A stretch of 63,751 nucleotides of DNA, filler included, from Chiloscyllium plagiosum (lineage: Eukaryota), in the NCBI RefSeq assembly GCF_004010195.1. It is 4 parts of 2 records of this genome, joined end to end, with 100 filler letters (N's around TTAATTAATTAA, not from the genome) between each part and the next. Parts side by side here need not be neighbours in the genome. Positions count along the whole stretch, not along the records: positions 43,157 to 57,919 come from NC_057713.1; positions 58,020 to 63,751 come from NC_057714.1; 2 more parts are not named here. One strand, given 5' to 3'. Below, one piece after another: positions 50,608 to 62,295 of this stretch. The position numbers were made by a program, and so were the translations under genes. A model generated the notes under the pieces. That model was not told the DNA's origin, made no database searches, and worked only from the letters and a program-made list of their open reading frames with translations. Numbering within the stretch: position 1 is the stretch's first letter; every line of letters starts with the position of its first letter.

Positions 50608-53600
50608 AGTCATAGAGTCATAGAGATGTACAGCATGGAAACAGACCCTTCGGTCCAACCTGTCCATGCCAACCAGATATCCCAACCCAATCTAGTCCCA
50701 ACTGCCAGCACCCAGCCTATATCCCTCCAAACCCTTTCTATTCATATACCCATCCAAATGCCTCTTAAATGTTGCAATTGTACCAGCCTTCACCACATCC
50801 TCTGGCAGCTCATTCCATACACGTACCACCCTCTGCGTGAAAAAGTTGCCCCTTTTAGGTCTCTTTTTTATCTTTCCCCACTCACCCTAAACCCTTGTCC
50901 TCTAATTCTGGACTCCCTGCCACCAGGAAAAAGACTTTGTCTATTTATCCTATCCATGCCCCTCATAATTTTGTAAACCTCTATAAGGTCACCCCTCAGC
51001 CTCTGACGCTCCAGGGAAAACAGCCCCAGCCTGTTCAGCCTCTCCCTATAGTTCAAATCCTCCAATCCTGGCAACATCCTTGTAAATCTTTTCTGAACCC
51101 TTTCAAGTTTCACAACATCCTTCCAATAGAAGGAGACGAGAATTGCACGCAATATTCCAACAGTGGCCTAACCAATGTCCTGTACAGCCGTAACATGACC
51201 TCCCACCTCCTGTACATAGTGCTCTTATCAATGAAGGAAAACATACCAAACGCCTTCTTCACTATCCTATCTACCTGCGACTCCACTTTCAAGGAGCTAT
51301 GAACCTACACTCCAAGGTCCCTTTGTTCAGCAACACTCCCGAGGACCTTACCATGAAGTGTATAAGTCCTGCTAAGGTTTACTTTCCCAAAATGCAGCAC
51401 CTCACATTTATCTGAATTAAACTTCATCTGCCACTTCTCAGCTAATTAGCCCATCCGGTCCAGATCCTGTTGTAATCTGAGGTAACCCTCTTCGCGGTCC
51501 ACTACACTTCCAATTTTGGTGTCATCTGCAAACTTACTAACTGTACCTCTTATGCTCGCATCCAAATCATTTATGTAAATNNNNNNNNNNNNNNNNNNNN
51601 NNNNNNNNNNNNNNNNNNNNNNNNNNNNNNNNNNNNNNNNNNNNNNNNNNNNNNNNNNNNNNNNNNNNNNNNNNNNNNNNNNNNNNNNNNNNNNNNNNNN
51701 NNNNNNNNNNNNNNNNNNNNNNNNNNNNNNNNNNNNNNNNNNNNNNNNNNNNNNNNNNNNNNNNNNNNNNNNNNNNNNNNNNNNNNNNNNNNNNNNNNNN
51801 NNNNNNNNNNNNNNNNNNNNNNNNNNNNNNNNNNNNNNNNNNNNNNNNNNNNNNNNNNNNNNNNNNNNNNNNNNNNNNNNNNNNNNNNNNNNNNNNNNNN
51901 NNNNNNNNNNNNNNNNNNNNNNNNNNNNNNNNNNNNNNNNNNNNNNNNNNNNNNNNNNNNNNNNNNNNGAGTTCTTGGGTACACCTGATCAGGTCCTGGG
52001 GATTTATCCACTTTTAACCGTTTCAAGACATCCAGCACTTCCTCCTCTGTAATCTGGACATTTTGCAAGATGTCACCATCTATTTCCCTACAGTCTATAT
52101 CTTCCATATTCTTTTCCACAGTAAATACTGATGCAAAATATTCATTTAGTATCTCCCCCATTTTATGTGGTTCCACACAAAGACCACCTTGCTGATCTTT
52201 GAGGGTCCCTATTCTCCCCCTAGTTACCCTTTTGTCCTTAATATATTTGTAAAAACCCTTTGGATTCTCCTTAATTCTATTTGCCAAAGCTATCTCATGT
52301 CCCGGTTTTGCCCTCGTGATTTCCCTCCTACTTCCTTTATATTGATTAGATTAGATTACTTACAGTGTGGAAACAGACCCTTCGTCCCAACAAGTCCACA
52401 CCGACCCGCCGAAGCGCAACCCACCCAGACCCATTCCCCTATGATTACCCCTGCACCTAACACTGTGGGTAATTTAGCATGGCCAATTCACCTGACCTGC
52501 ACATTTTTGGACTGTGGGAGGAAACTGGAGCAACCGGACGAAACCCACGCAGACACGGGGAGAGTGTGCAAACTCCACATAGTCAGTCGCCTGAGACGGG
52601 AATTGAACCCGGGTCTCTGGCGCTGTGAGGCAGCAGTGCTAACCACTGTGCCACCGTGCCGCCCACAATTCTTCTAAGGATTCACTCGATCTATCCTGTC
52701 TGTACCTGACATATGCTTCCTTCTTTTTCTTAACCAAACCCTCAATTTCTTTAGTCATCCAGCATTCCCTATGCCTACTAGCCTTTCCTTTCACCCTGAT
52801 AGGAATATACTTTCTCTGGATTCTTGTTATCTCATTTCTGAAGGCTTCCCATTTTTTAGCCGCCCTTTTACCTGCGAACATCTGCTCCCAATCAGCTTTC
52901 GAAAGTTCTTGCCTAATACCATCAAAATTGGCCTGTCTCCAATTTAGAACTTCAACTTTTAGATCTGGTCTATCCTTTTCCATCACTATTTTAAAACAAA
53001 TAGAATTATGGTGCTGGCCCCAAAGTGCTTCCCCACTGACACCTCAGTCACTTGCCCTGCCTTATTTCCCAACAGTAGGTACATCCATATATTGAGTCAG
53101 AAAATTGTCTTGTACACACTTAAGAAATTCCTCTCCATCTAAACCTTTAACACTATGGCAGTCCCAGTCGATGTTTGGAAAGTTAAAATCCCCTACCATA
53201 ACTACCCTATTATTCTTACAGATAGCTGAGATCTCCTTACAAGTTTGTTTCTCAATTTCCCTCTGACTATTAGGAGGTCTATAATACAATCCCAATAANN
53301 NNNNNNNNNNNNNNNNNNNNNNNNNNNNNNNNNNNNNNNNNNNNNNNNNNNNNNNNNNNNNNNNNNNNNNNNNNNNNNNNNNNNNNNNNNNNNNNNNNNN
53401 NNNNNNNNNNNNNNNNNNNNNNNNNNNNNNNNNNNNNNNNNNNNNNNNNNNNNNNNNNNNNNNNNNNNNNNNNNNNNNNNNNNNNNNNNNNNNNNNNNNN
53501 NNNNNNNNNNNNNNNNNNNNNNNNNNNNNNNNNNNNNNNNNNNNNNNNNNNNNNNNNNNNNNNNNNNNNNNNNNNNNNNNCCCTCCCACCTTACTAGTTT

Positions 53601-55088
53601 AAATCCTCCCAAGCAATTCTAGCAAATTTCTCTGCCAGTATATTAGTCCCCTTCCAATTTAGGTACAATCCATCCTTCTTGTACAGGTCACTTCTACCCC
53701 AAAATAGATTCCAATGTTCCAAAAATGTGAATCCTTCTCCCGTACACCAGCTCCTCAGCTCCTATCCCTGCCCTCACTAGCTCGTAGCACTGGGAGTAAT
53801 CCAGATATTACTATCCTTGAGGACCTCCTTTTTAAATTTCTGCCTAACTCTCTGTAATCTCCCTTCAAAATCTCAACTTTTTCCCTTCTATTATCTTTGG
53901 TTCCAATGTAGACAATGACCTATTGCTGGCCCCTCTCCCATTCTGCACCCTCTCTGAGACATCCTTGATCCTGGCACCAGGGAAACAACACACCATTCTG
54001 CTTTTTCTCTGCTGGCCACAGAACCGCCTGTCTGTTCCTCTGACTACAGAATCCCCTAACACAATTGATCTCTTGGAAGCCGACGTACCCCTCGTTGCAT
54101 TAGATCCAGTCTCAATACCAGAAACTTGGCTGTTTGTGCTACGTTCCCCTGAGAATCCATCACCCCCTACATTTTCCAAAACAGCATACCTGTTTGAAAT
54201 GGGTATATCCACAAAAGACCCCTGCACTAGCTGTCTACCTCTCTTACCCTTCCTGGAGTTAACCCATCTATGTGACTGTATCTGAGACTTTCCCCCCATC
54301 CTATAACTGCCATCCATCACATACTGTTGCTGTTGCAAATTCCTCATCGCTTCTGTCTCTCCATCCAATCCACTCGATCTGATAAGATTTGCATCCAACA
54401 GTATTTATGGCAGATATCATCCGCAGTAACCCTTAAACTCTCTTTAAACTCCCACATCTGACAAGAAGTGAATATCACTGCAAAGGCCATTTTTGCTCCT
54501 TCACAATCTACAGACCCAGAAAATAACACCGTCTTATTCCTCTACAAACACTGCCCCAGGTTAAATTAATAGCTATGGCTTATATTTTAAGCTTAATCAA
54601 GAGACTTATCTCCAAAAACATATAATCAAGAAAGAACCCACTATACTCACTACTGCAGCCTTTCTCTTGGACAGACTTAAAACAACAATTAACTTATTTG
54701 ATTCTGTGCTGTGAACTTCGCCCAACAGTTCCTCCAAGATTAGTTGTGAATTTCACTGTTGTTAATTTTTCCCAGATGCACTCCGATGTCCAGCGATACA
54801 CGAATTCAAACAGCAAAGGTGGTAACCGTGCAGGTTTTCTCTCTCTCTCTCTCCTGCACTGTCCTCACCATGTGCTTCCTTTGTCTGCTCTTCTCCTTTT
54901 AAAACTGCTGTTGTTTTGACTTTTTTTTCCCCAAAGTTCCAAAACAATGCAACAGCATATAAAACAGGAATTGCTGCTCCTGGAATTCGAGGAAATCACC
55001 TCCAGCACCTAAAATACCTCAATAAAAGGAGCAGCTCTTTCAGCCAGAAATTTTTCCCAACCTCCATCTTGGATTAACCAGAATCCTC
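50608..55088 (-). mobile_element. Near full-length CR1 LINE (5' UTR, ORF1, ORF2, tail), gapped and disrupted
   Basis: ORF1 remnants: a Cys-rich segment (54344-54529) and the esterase-like IVLGDSVVRG motif (53865-54398). ORF2 endonuclease and RT pieces at 50868-53280. CTATGACT tail at ~50608. Confidence 0.9.
52344..52664 (-). mobile_element. HE1-type V-SINE inserted in CR1 ORF2
   Basis: Complete SINE, very similar to 39934-40247. Confidence 0.9.
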
Positions 55089-55507
55089 ACCCGTTTTAAG
55101 TTTTAAAAAACTTACAGATAACAAAATAGAAATGAAAAAATCAATGTGGTCAACTTTAATGTAATCTAATAAAAGAAAAAGACTTCCACATATCGAGATT
55201 ATTGCATGTTAGAAATGTCTTAGCGTTTTGCAAACAATAAATTAGTTTGAAATACATTAACTCCTCAGCATGTTCTTGATGCAGATTATAGCTTGCTGCA
55301 TTTCAGCTTGCGTAAATATACCACGAAACTGGATTCTTTTTGAGCCAGATACCTTGAAGCTTATTTGTAATACTAATTATTTACAGCTACAATATCACAA
55401 ACTTACACACACAGTCTGATGATATCACAGTACATTACGCACACATAACTGACACTACACTAACTCCATGATTCAGACAGAGTGCCTGCAGGTAAGATAG
55501 GTATCTT

Positions 55508-56658
55508 TATAGAACATAGAACAATACAGCGCAGAACAGGCCCTTCGGCCCTCGATGTTGCGTCGACCTATGAACTATTCTCAGCTCGTCCCGCTACACT
55601 ATCCCATCATCATCCACGTGCTCATCCAAAGATTGTTTAAATCTCCCTAATGTGGCTGAGTTAACTACATTAGCAGGCAGGGCATTCCACCCCCTTACCA
55701 GTCTCTGCGTAAAGAACCTGCCTCTGACATCTGTCTTAAATCGATCACCCCTCAATTTATAGTTATGCCCCCTCGTACAAGCTGACGTCATCATCCTAGG
55801 AAAAAGTCTTTCACTGTCTACCCTATCTAATTCTCTGATCATCTTGTACGTCTCTATCAAATCCCCTCTTAGCCTTCTTCTTTCCAACAGACGCAAGTCT
55901 CTCAGCCTTTCCTCATAAGACCTTCCCTCCAGACCAGGCAACATCCTGGTAAATCTCCTCTGCACCTTTTCCAATGCTTCCATATCCTTTCCGAAATATG
56001 GCGACCAGAACTGTACACAATATCCTAAGTGTGGCCGCACTAGCGTTTTGTATAGTTGCAGGAATAATATAGCGGCTCCGGAACTCAATCCCTCTACCAA
56101 TGAAACCTCACACACCATATGCCTTCTTAACAGCACCATCCACCTGGGTGGCAACTTTCAGGAATCTATGCACATGGACTCCAAGATCCCTCCGCACATC
56201 CACACTACCAAGAATCTTTCCATTAACCCAGTACTCTGCCTTCCTGTTATTCTTCCCAAAGTGCATTACCTCACATTTAGCTGCATTGAACTCCATTTGC
56301 CACCTCTCAGCCCAATTCTAGTTTATCCAAGTCCCCCTGCAACCTGTAACATTCTTCCAAACTGTCCACTACTCCACCGACTTTAGTATCATCTGCAAAT
56401 TTACTAATCCATCCACCTATGTCTGCGTCTAAGTAATTTATAAAAATGACAAACAGCAGCGGTCCCAAAACAGATCCTCGTGGCACACCACTAGTAACCG
56501 GACTCCAGGCTGAATATTTTCCATCAACCACCACTCGCTGCTTTCTTTCAGAAAGCCAGTTTCTAATCCAAACTGCTAAATTACTCTCAATCCCATGCCT
56601 CTGCATTTTCTCCATCAGCCTACCATGTGGAACCTTATCAAAGGCTTTACTGAAGCCA
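55508..56658 (-). mobile_element. 5'-truncated CR1 LINE
   Basis: ORFs 55594-56705 (FSKAFDKVPH, FADDTK); TTCTATG tail. Confidence 0.92.
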
Positions 56659-56774
56659 ACTTGATTATCATACGTTGATGACAGATGTAAGTGTCTGAAA
56701 GACACTGGCCTGTCTGATCTGGAATGTATACCATCATTTGGGCTCTCTATACACTTAATTCTTTCTGCATACCA

Positions 56775-57085
56775 TCATTTATTGCCCATCCCTAATTACT
56801 CAGAGGTCAGTTAGAGTCAACTACATTGCTGTAGGTCTGGACCATGTAGGCCAGACCAAGGATAGCAGTTTCCTTCCCTAAAGACGTAGTGAATCAGATG
56901 TTTTCTTTCCAACAATTGGCAATAGATTCACAGTCATCATGAGGCTCTTAATTCCAAATTTTTAAATCACATTTAAATTCTACCATATGTCATTGGCAGG
57001 ATTTGAACCTGGGTCCCCAGAACCCCTGGGTTTCCAGACTCTTGATTAACAGTCCAGTGATAATACCATTAGGCCACCACCCCCT
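56775..57085 (-). mobile_element. tRNA-derived SINE with L2-type tail (related remnants at ~45125-45340 and ~43725-43816)
   Basis: Minus-strand head with a GGTTCAAATCC B-box, core TTTAGGGAAGGAAACTGC..GGTCTGGCCTACATG, and tail AGGGATGGGCAATAAATG. Confidence 0.6.
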
Positions 57086-57223
57086 CCCACGAAGCAAGGA
57101 CAGATGACTAAAGGATGTTTAAAGATGCAGGTTTATAAGGACCATCTTCAAAGATAAAGGGAATAGGAAGGTTTGGAGGGGAATTTCTGATCTCAGGGCC
57201 AAGAATGGCTAACAATGTACAGT

Positions 57224-57411
57224 AGGTAAAAACAATGATTGCAAATGCTGGAAACCAGATTTTGGATTAGTGGTGCTGGAAGAGCACAGCAGTTCAGGCA
57301 GCATCCGAGGAGCAGCAAAATCGACGTTTCGGGCAAAAGCCATTTATCAGGAATACTGCTCCTCAGATCCTGCCTGAACTGCTGTGCTCTTCCAGCACCA
57401 CTAATCCAAAA
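57224..57411 (-). mobile_element. Penelope-derived foldback mini-element, family A
   Basis: ~55-bp inverted arms around a mutated hammerhead. 14-bp TSD TAACAATGTACAGT at 57210-57223 and 57412-57425. Confidence 0.88.
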
Positions 57412-57732
57412 TAACAATGTACAGTGACTACAACTGGAAATATGCAAGGTACCAGATTCGGGTGAGCACTGTAGGAGGTGGAATTGGCTATAAAGATGTA
57501 AAAGCAGCAAGGTCACAGTTAGACTTGAAACAAAAGTGAGGATTTTAATATAAAGTAATTTTTGGATGGGAGTTGGACAGGAATGATGGCTGAATCAGAG
57601 TTAAGTAGAATGCCTACAGTGTGGAAGCAGGCCATTCAGCCCATTGAGTTCACACCGACCTTCTGAAGAGCATCTTACCCAGACACAACCCTTCAACTCG
57701 ATCCCTGTATCCCTGCATTTCCCATGGCTAAT

Positions 57733-57919
57733 GCTGAAAATGTGTTGCTGGAAAAGCGCAGCAGGTCAGGCAGCATCCAGGGAACAGGAGAATCGACGTT
57801 TCGGGCATAAGCCCTTCTTCAGGAATGAGGAAAGTTTGTCTAGCAGGCTAAGATAAAAGGTGGGGAGGAGGGACTTGGGGGAGGGGCGTCGGAAATGTGA
57901 TAGGTGAAAAGAGGTCAAG
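57733..57919 (-). mobile_element. Penelope family A terminal arm running into a gap; intact hammerhead at 57793-57824; inserted in an HE1 SINE fragment (57605-57732)
   Basis: Nearly identical to 27322-27515. Minus strand reads CTGAAGAAGGGCTTATGCCCGAAACGTC. Confidence 0.85.
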
Positions 57920-58019
57920 NNNNNNNNNNNNNNNNNNNNNNNNNNNNNNNNNNNNNNNNNNNNTTAATTAATTAANNNNNNNNNNNNNNNNNNNNNNNNN
58001 NNNNNNNNNNNNNNNNNNN

Positions 58020-58472
58020 GATGTATTTCCGGGAATATCCTCCCTCAGTACAGCTGTAATGCTATCCCTTATCAAAAATGCCACTCCCCCACCTCTCTTG
58101 CCTCCCTTTCTATCCTTCCTGTAGCATTTGTATCCTGGAACATTAAGCTGCCAGTCCTGCCCATCCCTGAGCCATGTTTCTGTAATTGCTATGATATCCC
58201 AGTCCCATGTTCCTAACCATGCCCTGAGTTCATCTGCCTTCCCTGTTAGGCCCCTTGCATTGAAATAAATGCAGTTTAATTTATTAGTCCTACCTTGTCC
58301 CTGCCTGCCTTGACTGTTTGACTCACTTCTGTTCTTAGCTGTACCCATCTCAGATTGATTTCTTTTCTCACTCTCTCCCTGGGTCCCACCCCCCAACATT
58401 ACTAGTTTAAATCCTCCCAAGCAGTCCTAGCAAATCTCCCTGCCAGTATATTAGTCCCCTTCCAATTTAGGT
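58020..58472 (-). mobile_element. CR1 ORF1/ORF2 junction and endonuclease N-terminus
   Basis: Encodes CIYFNARGL..DIIAITETWL..GGGVA. Confidence 0.88.
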
Positions 58473-58599
58473 TCATCAGTAATGCCAAGGATCTACATCA
58501 GGGATTCCTAATGGAGAGCTTATGCTTGAATCATCAACTCTCCTGCTCCTCAGATGCTGCCTGACTGGCTGTGCTTTTCCAGCACCCCACGTTTTGACT

Positions 58600-59965
58600 G
58601 TGATAACTGCAGGGCAATCTCCTTGCTGTCAACCATTGGAAAAGTAATTGCCAAAGTCGTCATCCTCAACAATCTGTTTCCTGTGGCTGAGGAACTTCTC
58701 CCTGAATTGCAGTCTGTCTTTCAGCCATGGGGGGACACAGCGGAAACTATTTTTGCCACGCGACAGCTGCAGGACAAATAAAAAGAACCTACCCTTGTAT
58801 ATGGCTGCCTTTGACCTGACAAATGCCCTTGATACTGTCAATTGGAAAGCAATAAAGAGCACCCTTCTCCGCTTTGGTTGCATCATGAAGTTCATCACCA
58901 TCCTTTGCCTGCTCCACAACAACATGAAAATTGTGGTAATGGCAAATGGCTCTATCACTGAACCACTCCCCATTTGGACCAGTGTCAAGGAGGATTGTGT
59001 CATTGTCTCAACACTGTCCTCTATCTACCTTGCTGCAGTGCTTCACCTCCAAGAAGCTGACAAACTCCCCGCTAAAGTAGAACTGACTGACAGAACCAGC
59101 AGGAAATTATTCAGCCTCTGCCACCTTCAAGCCCAAACCAGTTGCCCTAATCACTGTCATCTAGCTGCAATGCTTGCGAATGTGCAGTTTCAGCGGATGT
59201 ACTCCACATCAGCATCCTTACGGAGGCAAATGAGCGCGTGGATATTACTCTGAACACCTGTAAAACCAGGGTCATCCATAAACCTGGCCTGGCTTTCTGG
59301 AGCAAACCCCTCGATTATCAAGGTTCACTGGGAGGCCTTAGAGAATGTTGACCATTTTCATTGCCTCGTGAGTGCCTGTTGGCCAAAGCAGCTACTAATG
59401 AAGAGATCCAGCAGCGCCTCCAGTATGCTAGCGCAGCCATCAGCTGTCTGTGGAAAAGGGTTTTTGAGGGCAAAACGTCCTTTACAGGCCAATATCCCTA
59501 ACATTGAGGCACTGACCATCCTTGATCAGTTATGATGGACTGGGCATGTTGTCTGCATGACTGACAAAATACTCCCCAAGCAGCTGCTCTACTCCCAGCT
59601 TTGAAACGGCAGGCAAGCTCCAGGTGAACAGAGGATGTGCTTCAGGGGTACCCTCAAGGCCTCGCTGGGGAAGTACAGCATTCCCACAGACACCTAGGAA
59701 TCACTGTCCTAAGATCATCCAAAAAGTGGAAGAGGAGTCTCCAGGAAGGCATTGAGATTTGTTATCGGGAAAACGTGAAGGCCAGTCAAAAACAGTGAAA
59801 GGACTGCACTGCCATACCAATTGCCCACCCACCCTTGCCTGCAACTGCCTTCTGCCCCAAGTGTAACAGTGCCTGTGGAAGCTGTATTGGTGTGTACAGC
59901 CACCTACAGACTCCCCCTGAGAATGGAAGAGAGTCATCCTCAACTGTGAGAGACCACCAGTGATG
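58600..59965 (+). mobile_element. Decayed RTE-clade LINE (RT to 3' end)
   Basis: Encodes CDN.RAISLLS..GKV.AKV..ELLPE.Q..IF..RQLQ.K and PLYMAAFDLT.A.DTVN. Confidence 0.8.
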
Positions 59966-60199
59966 AGTCTTGTTTTATCTTGCAATATGGCCTTATTTGT
60001 TTTTACCCATATTTCTTGTTTGCGTTCCACTTTTGCTTTCTTTTCTGCAGTCCTGCATTATGAACATAAACATTCTATGGTTTTGGAGTTGTTGTCAATC
60101 TGTATAGGCTTGCAAAATGTCATGTTGCAGCAATCATGGGTTACTTTTTTTGATAGGTGATTGTGCAGAATTAAATCCTAACGAATGCCACATTTTCCC

Positions 60200-61500
60200 T
60201 ATAAGACCATAAGACATAGGAGTGGAAGTAAGGCCATTCGGCCCATCGAGTCCACTCCGCCATTCAATCATGGCTGATGCGCATTTCAGCTCCACTTACC
60301 AGCGTTCTCCCCGTAGCCCTTAATTCCTCTAGACAACAAGAATCTATCAATCTCGGCCTTGAAGACATTTAGCGTCCCGGCTTCCACTGCACGCCGTGGC
60401 AATGAATTCCACAGGCCCACCACTTTGTGGCTGAAGAAATGTCCGCATTTCTGTTCTGAAATGACCCCCTCTAATTCTAAGGCTGTGTCCACGGGTCCTA
60501 GTCTCCTCGTCTAACGGAAACAATTTCCTAGCATCCACCTTTTCCAAGCCATGTATTATTTTGTACGTCTCTATTAAGTCTCCCCTTAATCTTCTAAACT
60601 CCAATGAATACAATCCCAGTATCCTCAACCGTTCCTCATATGTTAGACCTGTCATTCCAGGGATCATCCGTGTGAATCTCCGCTGGACACGTTCCATTGC
60701 CAGTATGTCCTTCCTGAGGTGTGGGGACCAAAACTGGACACAGTACTCCAAATGGGGCCTAACCAGAGCTTTATAAAGTCTTAGTAGTAAAACTCTGCTT
60801 TTATATTCCAACCCTCTTGAGATAAGAGACAACATTGCATTCGCTTTCTTAATCACGGACTCAACCTGCATGTTTACCTTTAGAGAATCCTCGACTAGCA
60901 CTCCCAGATCCCTTTGTGCTTTGGCTTTATTAATTTTCTCACCATTTAGAAAGTAGTCTATGCTTGTATTCTTTTTGAACAGCTGTGGCCCCAGCACCGA
61001 ACCCTGCGGGACACCGCTCGTCACTGGCTGCCATTCTGAAAAAGAACCTTTTATCCCAACTCTCTGCCTTCTGTTAGACAGCCAATCCTCAGTCCATCCC
61101 AGCAGCTCACCTCGAACACCATGGGCCCTCACCTTGCTCAGCAGCCTCCCATTTGGCACCTTATCAAAGGCCTTTTGAAAGTCTAGATATACCACATCCA
61201 CTGGGTTTCCCTGGTCTAACCTACTTGTTACCTCTTCAAAAAATTCCAACAGGTTTGTCAGGCATGACCTCCCTTTACTAAATCCATGTTGACTTTTTCT
61301 AATCAGACTCTGCTCTTCCAAGAATTTATAAACCTCATCCTTAATGATGGATTCTAGAATTTTACCAACAACCGAGGTTAAGTTGATTGGCCTATAATTT
61401 TCCATCTTTTGCCTTGATCCTTTCTTGAACAAGGGGGTTACAACAGCCATCTTCCAATCATCCGGGACCTTTCCTGACTCCAGTGACTCTTGAAAGATCT
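60200..61500 (-). mobile_element. 5'-truncated CR1 LINE of a distinct subfamily, with an internal in-frame deletion
   Basis: ORF 60347-61450 (367 aa). [13 protein letters not shown] is joined directly to KKNTSIDYF. Tail (TCTTATGG)n. Confidence 0.92.
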
Positions 61501-62037
61501 ACTTTGGTAGCTTTTTGTTGGTTTTCTTGTTGATGTTTAACAATTACGTTCATGTCTTTCTCTCGTTCTAAAACTGGGCCTGCAACCACTCATGGAGCAA
61601 TTAATTTTGCTAGCTTAAGAACCAGGTAAGAGTGGTTAGGTTTCATTCAAGCTTCAATAAACAGACCCTGAGTTTCTTCTTGAAAAGTTCTCCTGCTGAG
61701 AGCTGTCTTTTCATACACCTGTGAATGCTTAAGGCTCTAATGCAAACATTAATGGTGCTATACATACTGCATTTAATGGAGTACGGATGAGGGGCAAAAT
61801 TGATGGAAACAACTGTAAATCAATGATAAACTTTCCCCGCTCCAAAAAACAAATTCTGATATTTTTCTAAGCTGAACTTGTGGGTTAGTAACTTTCATAG
61901 CTTGAGAATGTTGAGCACCAATGATTTTACACACTTTGAAGCAGTACATTGAAGGTCTTTTAGATTTGTTACCACATCTCATTTGGCAGTGATGTAACTT
62001 CAGGCTGATCTCTGTGTGGGCCTGTTTATAGTCTTAA

Positions 62038-62295
62038 ATTGCTTTAAATTGAGGGGTGAAAGATATAGGACAGATGTCAGAGGTGGGTTCTTCACTCAGA
62101 GTAGTAGGGGCGTGGAACGCCCTGCCTGCAACAGTACTAGACTTGCCAATTTTAAGGGCACTTAAATGGTCATTGGATAAATGTACGGATGAAAATGGAA
62201 TAGTTTAGGATAGATAGGCTTCAGGTTGTTTCCACAGGTCAGCACAACATCGAGGCTCGAAGGGCCTGTACTGCGCTGTAATGTTCTATGTTCTG
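62038..62295 (+). mobile_element. CR1 3' terminal fragment
   Basis: Encodes FKLRGERYRTDVRG.FFTQ; TTCTATG tail. Confidence 0.85.

Noticed and set aside
55388..55491. Plus-strand AG...GTAAGA exon-like segment
   Set aside because: All three frames contain stops and there is no other support.
58600..59965. RTE element as a horizontal-transfer candidate
   Set aside because: The copy is heavily decayed, and nothing in the sequence alone indicates transfer.
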